A stretch of DNA of 45,362 nt from Candidatus Gastranaerophilales bacterium (GCA_947585605.1 CANPXC010000001.1:1-45362); one strand, 5' to 3'; shown: positions 1 to 8,384, numbered from the stretch's first letter. The notes: generated by a model not told the origin, from the sequence alone. A program made the numbers and translations.

Positions 1-285
<285 letters not shown>

Positions 286-320
286 AAAACAGAGAATTCA
301 ATTGAATTCTCTGTTTTTTG
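286..320. terminator. Bidirectional rho-independent terminator between convergent rpsG and the 342..803 gene
   Basis: Perfect 10-bp stem CAGAGAATTC (290-299) / GAATTCTCTG (304-313), 4-nt loop AATT, A-run on the left, T6 (314-319) on the right. Confidence 0.8.
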
Positions 321-341
321 TTATGTAAAAATATATCAATT

Positions 342-803
342 TTAGTGTTTCATCCCGGGTGGTTGATTGGGATTATTGCCCGGCTTTCCGGCGGGGCCGT
401 TATTCTGCGGCTTCGGAGGCGGCGGAGGTGGTTTGGGCGGATGATACTCGTGTCCCGGTTTAATAACTCTCCCGTCCGGCCCGTATTTTATTCCGGTTGA
501 AGAATACGTAAAGACGATTTGTCCTCCTCCCGAATAAGGGAACGGTCTGTAGTAATTATTATAAAAGGGTGTGTAATAAGGATATGGGTTGTAGTAATTG
601 TATGTAGGATGTTCAATAACAGTCGGAGCCTGATATTTTAATTCTTCCTGCGAAGGTGTTTCGGGTGTGTAGGTATATTCGGTAACATTTTCACCCGTAT
701 TTCCGTCAACACCCATAGTTACACTTTTTTCATATCCTTCTGAAAATGCTTGTAATTGTATTAATAATACTATTGCTATTGCTAAGTAAATATTTTTTTT
801 CAT
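342..803 (-). CDS. Exported Tyr/Pro/Asn-rich low-complexity protein, unknown function
   Basis: 153-aa ORF with N-terminal signal peptide (MKKNIYLAIAIVLLIQLQAFS). Middle is Tyr/Pro/Asn-rich; C-terminus is PPKPPPPPPKPQNNGPAGKPGNNPNQPPG. No family recognised. Confidence 0.6.
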   Translation of the reverse strand: MKKNIYLAIAIVLLIQLQAFSEGYEKSVTMGVDGNTGENVTEYTYTPETPSQEELKYQAPTVIEHPTYNYYNPYPYYTPFYNNYYRPFPYSGGGQIVFTYSSTGIKYGPDGRVIKPGHEYHPPKPPPPPPKPQNNGPAGKPGNNPNQPPGMKH

Positions 804-860
804 ACCTTTATTATATCATTTTATTGCCTAAAACTATAGTGTATGTTAAAAAATTCAAAC

Positions 861-1361
861 TTATCTGTAGTTTTGAAATTGAAGCGGTACGCTGTAGCTA
901 TCTTCATTTTCTCTTAATGTCTTTATAACGCTTTGTAAGTCGTCTTTATCTTTACCCGAAACTCTGACCCGGTCGCCTTGAATTGAGGCTTGAACTTTAA
1001 GCTTGGTATTTTTAATATCCGCTACTATTTTTTTAGCTAAGTCTTGGGTTAATCCTTTTTTTAAGTTAAATACCTGTCTTACATTTCCGCCGAGGGCATT
1101 TTCTATGGGCTGCGGGTCTAATATTTTAATGCTTAATGAACGCTTAATCATTTTGGATTGTAATATATCAAGAATGTTTTTCAGCTTCATTTCATCATTT
1201 GTTGTAATAGTAATTGTTTTATCGGTATCAAGAATTACGTCGGAATTAGAACCTTTTAAGTCAAATCTTGAGCCGATTTCCCTTTTCACCTGGTCAACCG
1301 CATTAACAAGTTCTTGTTTATCGAACTCTGAAACAATATCAAAACTGCAATCTTTAGCCAT
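861..1361 (-). CDS. yajQ: YajQ family (UPF0234) nucleotide-binding protein
   Basis: MAKDCSFDIVSEFDKQELVNAVDQVKREI...VQASIQGDRVRVSGKDKDDLQ...LQFQNYR is full-length YajQ-like. ATG at 1361 is preceded by GGAG (1371-1368) with 6-nt spacing. The ORF-track start at 1373 is a TTG overlapping that SD. Confidence 0.85.
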   Translation of the reverse strand: MAKDCSFDIVSEFDKQELVNAVDQVKREIGSRFDLKGSNSDVILDTDKTITITTNDEMKLKNILDILQSKMIKRSLSIKILDPQPIENALGGNVRQVFNLKKGLTQDLAKKIVADIKNTKLKVQASIQGDRVRVSGKDKDDLQSVIKTLRENEDSYSVPLQFQNYR

Positions 1362-1415
1362 AATAAACTCCAAATTATCTGATAATATTATCTATATTAA
1401 CAAATTTTTTTAAAC

Positions 1416-1444
1416 TTGACAATTTATAGACAAACGTCTATAAT
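1416..1444 (+). promoter_or_regulatory. Consensus sigma-70-type promoter of lexA
   Basis: TTGACA (1416-1421), exactly 17-nt spacer, TATAAT (1439-1444). Only 6 nt separate the -10 box from the lexA ATG (1451). Confidence 0.6.
1425..1442. promoter_or_regulatory. Palindromic operator candidate (possible SOS/LexA box)
   Basis: Perfect inverted repeat TATAGAC-AAAC-GTCTATA (1425-1431 / 1436-1442) inside the promoter spacer and overlapping the -10 box of lexA. Confidence 0.45.
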
Positions 1445-1450
1445 ATAAAT

Positions 1451-2026
1451 ATGCTTACGGAAAAACAAAAAACATTCTTTGAAAAATTAAAAGAATTATA
1501 CGGAAGAGAAATGTTACCCAGCTTTGAAATAATTGCCAAAGAATTCGGGTTTAAACATAAAAATTCCGTATGGCAGTATTTTAATAAATTAAAAGAAGAA
1601 AATTTAATACAAGAAAAAAATAACAGGTTTTATATAAGCAAAGATTTTTTTGGTGCGGTATTGTTTTCTTCAAGCGTAAAAGCGGGATTTGCTTCCGTCG
1701 CGGATGATTATGTGGAAAAGCGGATTTCACTTGATGAAAGCTTTAATATAAATAGTCCTTCAACATTTTTGTTTACCGTGTCAGGTGATTCTATGATTGA
1801 TTTGGGAATATTTGACGGAGATAAAGTAATCGTTCAAAAAACAAATACCGCAAGAAATGCGGATATAGTAGTCGCTTTTATAGACGGCGGCTACACCTTA
1901 AAAACATACCGTAATAAAAACGGAAAAGTATGGCTGGAACCTGCTAATTCAAAATACCCGAATTTATATCCAAAAGAAGAACTTATTATATTTGGTGTTG
2001 CCCAGGGTATTGTAAGAAAATTATAA
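1451..2026 (+). CDS. lexA: LexA repressor (wHTH + S24 self-cleaving peptidase)
   Basis: N-terminal HTH-like region. Ala78-Gly79 cleavage site in VKAGFASV. Ser114 in VSGDSM and Lys151 in YTLKTY are 37 residues apart, the spacing I recall for E. coli LexA S119/K156. Confidence 0.85.
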   Translation: MLTEKQKTFFEKLKELYGREMLPSFEIIAKEFGFKHKNSVWQYFNKLKEENLIQEKNNRFYISKDFFGAVLFSSSVKAGFASVADDYVEKRISLDESFNINSPSTFLFTVSGDSMIDLGIFDGDKVIVQKTNTARNADIVVAFIDGGYTLKTYRNKNGKVWLEPANSKYPNLYPKEELIIFGVAQGIVRKL

Positions 2027-2055
2027 ATTCATTCAAATAATTTTATTCTTCACAA

Positions 2056-2103
2056 GGCGGGCGGGTTACATTCCTCCCATTTCGCCCGCCGTAACTTTTT
2101 TTT
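2056..2103 (+). terminator. Possible terminator or attenuator hairpin after lexA
   Basis: GGCGGGCG (2056-2063) pairs with CGCCCGCC (2083-2090) around a 19-nt loop, followed 5 nt later by T9. The large loop makes it atypical. Confidence 0.4.
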
Positions 2104-2113
2104 AGGTTTGGTT

Positions 2114-3325
2114 ATGAAAGAAAAATTAATAATACATGTAGACGGAAATAATTTTTTTGCAGGCTGTGAACAGCTGATGAACCCGAGTTTAAGAAATAAG
2201 CCTGTCTGTGTTTTAAGTAATAATGACGGATGTGTTATCGCACGGTCAAACGAAGCTAAAAAAATGGGCGTTCCTATGGGTATTCCTTTATTTATGGCTA
2301 AAAAACAGTTTAACGGAATTGTTTATTTAAGTGCAAATTTTACTTTGTATAATGAAATATCAAACAGAGTAATGTCTTTACTGGCTTCTTATTCGGATAA
2401 AATTGAAGTTTATTCGATAGATGAAGCTTTTTTAGATATGACAGAGATGACAAAAATATTTAATTTATCTTATAATGAACTGGCCCGTAAAATAAAACAG
2501 AATATTGAAACGAATATAGGAATAACGGTTTCTGTCGGAATTGCGCCTACTAAAATGCTCGCAAAGCTTGCAACTCATAAAGCAAAGTCACTTAACGGAT
2601 TTTATGTTATAGAAAAAAATTTAGTTCCTTATGAATTAGAAAATATACCGGTGGAAGAAATTTGGGGGATAGGCAGAAATATTGCCCGAAGTCTTAGAAA
2701 ATACGGGATTTTTTATGCCCATGAAATTTTGCTTAAAGAAGATAATTTTTATAAATATACTTACGGTAAAAAGGGAATGGAATTAAAATATGAATTAAGC
2801 GGAATAAGTGTAATACCTTTTTTTGAGAATACAAAACCGAAGTCAATTCAAAGAACGAGGGCGTTTCCCGAATTTTCTTCCGACAAAGAATATATTAAAA
2901 CCGAGCTGAATATGCATTTGCATAATCTTTGCAAAAAGTTGAGAGAATATAACATGACATCTGGTTGTATATCCGTAATGCTGAGAACAAAAGATTTTAA
3001 AGTTTATTATCTTGATAAAAGGCTTGATTATAAAACAAATTCTGAAATATCACTGATAAAAGAAGCGGAAGAACTATTTTCTAAAATATATAAAGAAGGT
3101 GTAATTTACCGTTCGAGCGGAGTAATGGCATTCTCTCTTGAGGATTTAAGCACTATACAGTTAAATTTATTCGAAAATAAAAAAAATAATAAGAGTGAAA
3201 AATTATCATATTTAGTTGATAAACTGGAAAATAAATATGGTAAAGGTTCAATATCTTACGGCGAACCTGCCATAAAAACAATAAGAGAAAAACATAAAAG
3301 ACAGATAGGTTTTCGTTCATTTTAA
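2114..3325 (+). CDS. Y-family translesion DNA polymerase, UmuC-like
   Basis: IHVDGNNFFAGCEQL...KPVCVLSNNDGCVIARSNEAKKMGV...YSIDEAFLDMT closely follows the UmuC N-terminal pattern (VLSNNDGCVIAR, SIDEAF). ATG 2114 follows AGG at 2104-2106; the ORF track starts at TTG 2108. Confidence 0.85.
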   Translation: MKEKLIIHVDGNNFFAGCEQLMNPSLRNKPVCVLSNNDGCVIARSNEAKKMGVPMGIPLFMAKKQFNGIVYLSANFTLYNEISNRVMSLLASYSDKIEVYSIDEAFLDMTEMTKIFNLSYNELARKIKQNIETNIGITVSVGIAPTKMLAKLATHKAKSLNGFYVIEKNLVPYELENIPVEEIWGIGRNIARSLRKYGIFYAHEILLKEDNFYKYTYGKKGMELKYELSGISVIPFFENTKPKSIQRTRAFPEFSSDKEYIKTELNMHLHNLCKKLREYNMTSGCISVMLRTKDFKVYYLDKRLDYKTNSEISLIKEAEELFSKIYKEGVIYRSSGVMAFSLEDLSTIQLNLFENKKNNKSEKLSYLVDKLENKYGKGSISYGEPAIKTIREKHKRQIGFRSF

Positions 3326-3392
3326 GTTATTTAAACAAGAACAAATTTAAATTGGAAACAGCTTTATTTGTGTGATATAAAATTAATAAGTT

Positions 3393-4241
3393 GTGATAAA
3401 GAGAGAATTGTTAGTGAAGTATTTAATAATTGTATTTTCGATATATTTTTTATTATCTTGCAATACTGCATTTTCGGAGGTAATACGGCTTGAACCCGTT
3501 GAAAAAAATCAACTGCATTTAAATGAAAATAAAAATTTAAATAATAAAAATCTTGTAATAAAGGATAAAAGTGTAATAGAAGATTTAATTCATGCACAAA
3601 AAGAAGAAGAAGTTAAAGATATAGAAATTTTATGGCGTGCAACGATAGATAATAATTCATTAATAAAATTTACGATGAATAAATTAAATACGCCTGAATC
3701 GCAGAGGCGCTTGCATTCTTCAATAATGGCAAAAAGTTTGTCTTCATTAATATACGGAGCAAGTTTTATTCCGATGTTTACAGGTTCTAATGCAATGCTG
3801 CAATCGGCATCATTTTCCGCAGGACGGCTTGCCAATAACTTTTTAAATAAAGAAGCGGCAGCCGGTCAAAGCGCTCCTATTACAGATACAGAGCTTATTC
3901 AACTCGCGGGTACAATTGAAGAATTACAGGAAAAAATAATTTCCACATATTATCAGTACAAAGGTGCATTAAATAAGCTGAAAGACACACGTTCAAGAAT
4001 TATTTTATACAATAAAAATTATTCTGCGGCGTTAGAAAAAAATTCAGTAACCGAACTTGTAGTTTCTTCTGCATTGTATGAAGAAATGCAGCTGCAGGAA
4101 TTTAAACAAGAACAGGAAGCAAAAAAATATTATTTGGCTCTGGAACGGCTTGCAGGTAAAAAAGCGGTAGACAGTCTAATATTATCTCAATATGCTTTAA
4201 AAAATCAGTTAATTAATACGGAAAATATGAATATACAATGA
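3393..4241 (+). CDS. Exported coiled-coil protein, paralog 1 (possible lipoprotein), weak TolC/OEP-like C-terminal hairpin
   Basis: Hydrophobic leader ending FLLSC (lipobox-like). Alternative GTG start at 3414 follows AGAGAG. Shares ILW..A....S.IKF...KL..P, a Gly/Ser/Ala-rich segment and a C-terminal coiled coil with the next gene. Confidence 0.55.
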   Translation: MIKRELLVKYLIIVFSIYFLLSCNTAFSEVIRLEPVEKNQLHLNENKNLNNKNLVIKDKSVIEDLIHAQKEEEVKDIEILWRATIDNNSLIKFTMNKLNTPESQRRLHSSIMAKSLSSLIYGASFIPMFTGSNAMLQSASFSAGRLANNFLNKEAAAGQSAPITDTELIQLAGTIEELQEKIISTYYQYKGALNKLKDTRSRIILYNKNYSAALEKNSVTELVVSSALYEEMQLQEFKQEQEAKKYYLALERLAGKKAVDSLILSQYALKNQLINTENMNIQ

Positions 4242-5107
4242 AAAAATATTTATATACAGCGGTTATACTAATATTATCAATACAAGTGGTGCAAGCTCAG
4301 ACATTAAAGGAGTTGACAGCGCCTCAAAAACCTGCTTACAGGCTCGGTGTAACTTATGATATAGAAAAAGAATATAAAGTTACGGATATCGGAGCAAGAA
4401 AAACAGAAAAAACCGCTTCTTATGAAAAAGAATATATAAAAAATTCAACTTATGCAGACAGTTCGCTAAAAGATTTATCAAATGAAATATCAAAACTTCT
4501 TTCAATCGAAAAAGAAGAAATGCTTGAGCATGTTCAAATATTGTGGGCAGGTGCGGCTTTAAGAAGTGAAACAATAAAATTTGCGCTTTATAAGTTGTCA
4601 AATCCCGATGCTGATAAGCCTGATGAAACAATTATAAAAAAAATAATAAGACCCTTATCTACTGCGTCTTCAATAGCCGGTGCGGGTTTGGGTGACCCTT
4701 TCAGTGCTACTGCTGCACTTGTCAGCGGACATTTGCTTAATGCAATGTCTTATAATGATAAAGATTTGAACTATAAATATACAAAAGTTACCGACGCCGA
4801 TATGATTGTTCTGATTACAAAAGTGGACAATATGCAAAAAAAAGTTGTTGATATGTATTTTGATTATATGACGACTTATAAACTTTTAAAAATGTCGGAA
4901 GAAAATTTAAAAAAGCGTCAGGAAAGATACAATTCAGGCATATATAAAACTGAAGAACAATTGCTGGTTGCTGATGCCTATTATCGCAGTGCTGTTGATA
5001 ATAAAGCTAAATTGGAGCTTGATTTTTTGGAAAACCGTGCAGCACTTGAACAACTCGTTGGAATTGAAGCGTTAATTGAATTTGAAAAACTTTTGTACAA
5101 ACAATAG
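4238..5107 (+). CDS. Exported coiled-coil protein, paralog 2
   Basis: Signal peptide MKKYLYTAVILILSIQVVQA. Start overlaps the upstream stop (ATGA). Same architecture as 3393..4241. Confidence 0.55.
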   Translation: MKKYLYTAVILILSIQVVQAQTLKELTAPQKPAYRLGVTYDIEKEYKVTDIGARKTEKTASYEKEYIKNSTYADSSLKDLSNEISKLLSIEKEEMLEHVQILWAGAALRSETIKFALYKLSNPDADKPDETIIKKIIRPLSTASSIAGAGLGDPFSATAALVSGHLLNAMSYNDKDLNYKYTKVTDADMIVLITKVDNMQKKVVDMYFDYMTTYKLLKMSEENLKKRQERYNSGIYKTEEQLLVADAYYRSAVDNKAKLELDFLENRAALEQLVGIEALIEFEKLLYKQ

Positions 5108-7315
5108 TTATTTTTTTGCTTTCGGTTTACTTTTTTGTTTTGTTTTTGTGTCGGGAGATGTTTTTATTCTGGAATTCATTTGAATTCTTTTAACTGAATG
5201 AACATCCGGCAGCGATTGAAACGCATTAATAACGGCGTTTAAATTGTCAATCCCGTTAACTTCAACACCAAGTTCAATAATCCCTACTTTTTTGGTGTAA
5301 TTAGTTTTAACGTTTGCATAAGTAATGTTAGTTCCGCAGTCAGCTGCTTTGACAAGAACATCTTTAAGCATACCGATTTTATCAACGCAGTTAATTCTTA
5401 TTGATGTAACATAGGTCTTATTTGGAGCTTCATTATTTCTCCAGCTGATTTTCATTAATCTTTCTTCAGGAATAGTATCTAAAGAAGGGCAATCAATTCT
5501 GTGAACCGAAACGCCTTTTCCTCTTGTCACAACGCCGACAATATGTTCGCCGGGAACCGGACTGCAGCATTTTGCAAAGCTGTATAACATTCCTTCCAGC
5601 CCTACTATTTCATCTTTATAATGGCTTTTCTTTTTATTGGAAACATATTGTTCTTTTTCAGGTTCATCCGCTTTTTTAATTTTGCTTGTAACCTTGTTTA
5701 AAGTTGTTTCTCCGTTGCCTATAGCGGCAAAAAGGTCGTCAACGGAAATATAATTAAGGATTTTTGCAATTTCAGCGAGATGACCGTTTTTCATATTTTC
5801 ATCAAAAACAGCTTTAGTAATTTCGGTTTCAAGCATATTTCTGCCGGTGGCAATATGTTCTTCTCGGTTATGCTTTTTAAACCATTGGCGGATTTTAGTT
5901 TGGGCTTGTTTTGTTACGCAAAACTTAAGCCAGTGTAGTTTTGGTGTTCCCGTTTTTGAAGTGAAAAGTTCTACTATGTCGCCGTTATTTAATTTAGTAT
6001 CGAGCTGTGCAATTCTTCCGTTAATTAAAGCTCCCGTTGTTTTAAATCCGACTTCCGAGTGAATTCTGAATGCAAAATCAATCGGAGTTGCATTTTGCGG
6101 CAGGTCAATAATATCGCCCATAGGGGTAAAACAAAATACTTGATTGCCGAATAAGTCTAATTTTACTTTTTCGACAAATTCATTTGCGTTTGAGGCTTCT
6201 TTTTCAAGTTCTATCATTTGGTGCATCCAAGAAAACTTAATGTCGTCGTCGGAAACAGCTTTGACAGAACCTGATTCTTTGTATTTCCAGTGTGCGGCGA
6301 CCCCATATTCAGCTATTTTATGCATTTCAGCCGTGCGGATTTGTACTTCCAGCGGCTTTTGTTTCGGGCCTATAACTGATGTATGCAGAGATTTATATCC
6401 GTTTCCTTTGGGCATTGCTATATAGTCTTTAAATCTGCCAGGAATAGGTTTAAATAACGAGTGAATTATCCCTAATACTTCGTAACACTGCCTTTCCGTA
6501 TCAACGATAACTCTTACGGCAGTGATATCGTATAAATCATTAAATGCAACGTTAAGTCTTTGCATTTTTTTGTAGATACTGTAATAATGTTTGGCTCTGC
6601 CTGTAATTTCAGCATTGATTTCATTGCGTTTAAGACTTTCGGATATTTCATCGATAAGAAGTTGAACAGTATTTTCGCGTTCAACCCTTTTTTGCGCCAC
6701 CAGCTGTGCTATTTCAAAATATTTTTCCGGATTGATATATCTAAGTGATAAATCTTCCAGCTCCGCTTTTATTTTCCCGATACCTAAACGATTTGCGAGC
6801 GGTGCAAAAATATCTAAAGTTTCTTGTGCTATTCTCACTTGCTTATTTGGCGCCATGTAATTTAAAGTACGCATATTATGCAGTCTGTCTGCAAGTTTTA
6901 AAAATATTACCCTTACATCTTTCGCCATTGCAATAAACATTCGGCGAAAACTTTCCGCTTGGCGTTCTTCTTTTGATTTAAATTGATATTTATCTAATTT
7001 TGTTACGCCTAAAACAAGATTAAGAACGTCTTCTCCGAATTCAGCGCCTAACTGTTCGGGCGTAATACCTGTATCTTCAATTGTATCGTGCAATATAGCT
7101 GCCATTAATGTGTGTTTATCAACTTTTAATGTGGCTAATATTTTTGCAACTTCTACCGGATGTATTATGTATGGTTCTTCACTTACACGGTATTGTCCGG
7201 CGTGAAGCTTTTCCGCAAACTTAAATGCTTTGTATATTTCCTGTATATCTTCATCGGATCTGTTCTGTTCTCTTAATATTTTTTCAAGACCCGTAAATAT
7301 ATTTTCCTGTTCCAT
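5108..7315 (-). CDS. rel: Bifunctional (p)ppGpp synthetase/hydrolase, RelA/SpoT family
   Basis: HD hydrolase motif (HPVEVAKIL...AAILHDTIEDT), synthetase block (RVIVDT...GRFKDYIAMPKGNGYKSLHTSV), TGS- and ACT-like C-terminal regions; 735 aa. Confidence 0.92.
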   Translation of the reverse strand: MEQENIFTGLEKILREQNRSDEDIQEIYKAFKFAEKLHAGQYRVSEEPYIIHPVEVAKILATLKVDKHTLMAAILHDTIEDTGITPEQLGAEFGEDVLNLVLGVTKLDKYQFKSKEERQAESFRRMFIAMAKDVRVIFLKLADRLHNMRTLNYMAPNKQVRIAQETLDIFAPLANRLGIGKIKAELEDLSLRYINPEKYFEIAQLVAQKRVERENTVQLLIDEISESLKRNEINAEITGRAKHYYSIYKKMQRLNVAFNDLYDITAVRVIVDTERQCYEVLGIIHSLFKPIPGRFKDYIAMPKGNGYKSLHTSVIGPKQKPLEVQIRTAEMHKIAEYGVAAHWKYKESGSVKAVSDDDIKFSWMHQMIELEKEASNANEFVEKVKLDLFGNQVFCFTPMGDIIDLPQNATPIDFAFRIHSEVGFKTTGALINGRIAQLDTKLNNGDIVELFTSKTGTPKLHWLKFCVTKQAQTKIRQWFKKHNREEHIATGRNMLETEITKAVFDENMKNGHLAEIAKILNYISVDDLFAAIGNGETTLNKVTSKIKKADEPEKEQYVSNKKKSHYKDEIVGLEGMLYSFAKCCSPVPGEHIVGVVTRGKGVSVHRIDCPSLDTIPEERLMKISWRNNEAPNKTYVTSIRINCVDKIGMLKDVLVKAADCGTNITYANVKTNYTKKVGIIELGVEVNGIDNLNAVINAFQSLPDVHSVKRIQMNSRIKTSPDTKTKQKSKPKAKK

Positions 7316-7367
7316 TATTTATTCCTGCTATGCTTTATTTTACACTTTATTTTATAAAAATTCCACA

Positions 7368-7376
7368 TGTTATAAT
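7368..7376 (+). promoter_or_regulatory. Extended -10 promoter element (TGtTATAAT) for the DUF167 gene
   Basis: TGT (7368-7370) + TATAAT (7371-7376). 6 nt separate it from the ATG at 7383; no SD in between. Confidence 0.4.
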
Positions 7377-7382
7377 TATTAT

Positions 7383-7718
7383 ATGAGTGAAATAAAAAAT
7401 AATTATATTTTTAATACCCCAAACGGAATTATTATAATCATAAAATTAGTTCCTAATTCTTCTTTCAATAAAATTGTCGATTACACGGAAGAATTTATAA
7501 GAATTAAGATTTCGGCACCTCCTATTGAAAATCGCGCAAATAAAGAACTTATAGAGTTTATCAGTGATATTTCCGGAGTAAATAAATCAAATATAAGTAT
7601 AATATCGGGTGAAAAATCGAAATTAAAAAAAATTCTTATAAAAAATGGTGATTTTAATTTGATTACACAAAAAATTATGTTTGTGTTAAACTCATTAAAT
7701 AAAAACAAGAAAGTGTAA
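7383..7718 (+). CDS. DUF167 (YggU) family protein
   Basis: IIKLVPNSSFNKIV...FIRIKISAPPIENRANKELIEFISDISGVNKSNISIISGEKSKLKKILI fits the YggU pattern (V.P.A...APP..G.AN..L..F....V.I..G..S..K). The ORF-track N-terminal extension (7230-7382) overlaps rel and is discarded. Confidence 0.75.
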   Translation: MSEIKNNYIFNTPNGIIIIIKLVPNSSFNKIVDYTEEFIRIKISAPPIENRANKELIEFISDISGVNKSNISIISGEKSKLKKILIKNGDFNLITQKIMFVLNSLNKNKKV

Positions 7719-7728
7719 GGGATAAAAG

Positions 7729-7953
7729 ATGATAACCATAATATGGACAGTTCAAATAATTACGGCGGTATTATTAATATTATTAGTTCTATTGCATTCG
7801 CCCAAAGGTGACGGCTTAGGTGCTATAGGCGGCGCTGCAAATTTATTTTCATCACAAAAAAGTGCTGAAAAAGGCTTAAATCGTGTGACTTATGTTCTTT
7901 CAGCAATCTTTTTGGTCTGTTCTTTTATAACCGGATATCATTTATTCCATTAA
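7729..7953 (+). CDS. secG: Preprotein translocase subunit SecG
   Basis: 74 aa, two TM helices, LLHSPKGDGLGAIGG...F....AEKGLNRVTYVLSAIF is a typical SecG layout. Confidence 0.8.
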   Translation: MITIIWTVQIITAVLLILLVLLHSPKGDGLGAIGGAANLFSSQKSAEKGLNRVTYVLSAIFLVCSFITGYHLFH

Positions 7954-8384
7954 AAACCGGTTGAACCGAAACCGCCTTCGCCTCTTGCAGAAGCGGCAAG
8001 TTCTGTTGTAACTTCAATTTCCGCTTTTTCAACACGGGCTATTACCATTTGTGCTATGCGGTCATCAGGTTTTATTGTGTATTCTTCATTCGATAAGTTA
8101 ACAAGCCCTACACAAACTTCACCGCGATAATCTGCGTCTACAGTACCGACGGCATTTATTAATGTTATACCGTGTTTTACGGATAATCCAGAACGCGCTC
8201 TTATTTGTGCTTCATATTCTACTGGTATTTCTATTTTTATGCCCGTTGGCACTAATACTCTTTCAAGCGGCTTTAAAGTAATTTCTTTATCGATTGCGGC
8301 ATATAAATCCATTCCCGATGAACCTTCCGTTTTATATTCGGGTAAAAATTTATTATGTGCCATTTTTATAATTTTCATTTTCAT
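7950..8384 (-). CDS. dut: dUTP diphosphatase
   Basis: GSSGMDLYAA, RSGLSVKHGITL, GTVDADYRGEV, RGEGGFGSTGF motifs. Alternative Met starts lie 2-7 codons downstream. Confidence 0.9.
   Translation of the reverse strand: MKMKIIKMAHNKFLPEYKTEGSSGMDLYAAIDKEITLKPLERVLVPTGIKIEIPVEYEAQIRARSGLSVKHGITLINAVGTVDADYRGEVCVGLVNLSNEEYTIKPDDRIAQMVIARVEKAEIEVTTELAASARGEGGFGSTGF

Noticed and set aside
355-480. Local GC-rich patch as possible foreign or mobile DNA
   Set aside because: It is fully explained by the Pro/Gly codons of the polyproline C-terminus of the 342..803 gene.
318-500. 60-aa plus-strand ORF with an RRRRRW run
   Set aside because: It is the antisense reading of the Pro/Gly-rich C-terminus of the 342..803 gene (CCN/GGN codons keep the mirror frame open). 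It has no SD and begins just downstream of the terminator hairpin (290-313).
1003-1413. 136-aa ORF antisense to yajQ
   Set aside because: It lies almost entirely inside a confidently identified gene on the other strand, and its hydrophobic junk-like composition has no motif.
7230-7382. N-terminal extension of the DUF167 ORF overlapping the rel start
   Set aside because: The extension is Cys/Ser/Phe-rich junk overlapping rel by 86 nt. The family-typical sequence begins at ATG 7383, which has its own promoter-like element.
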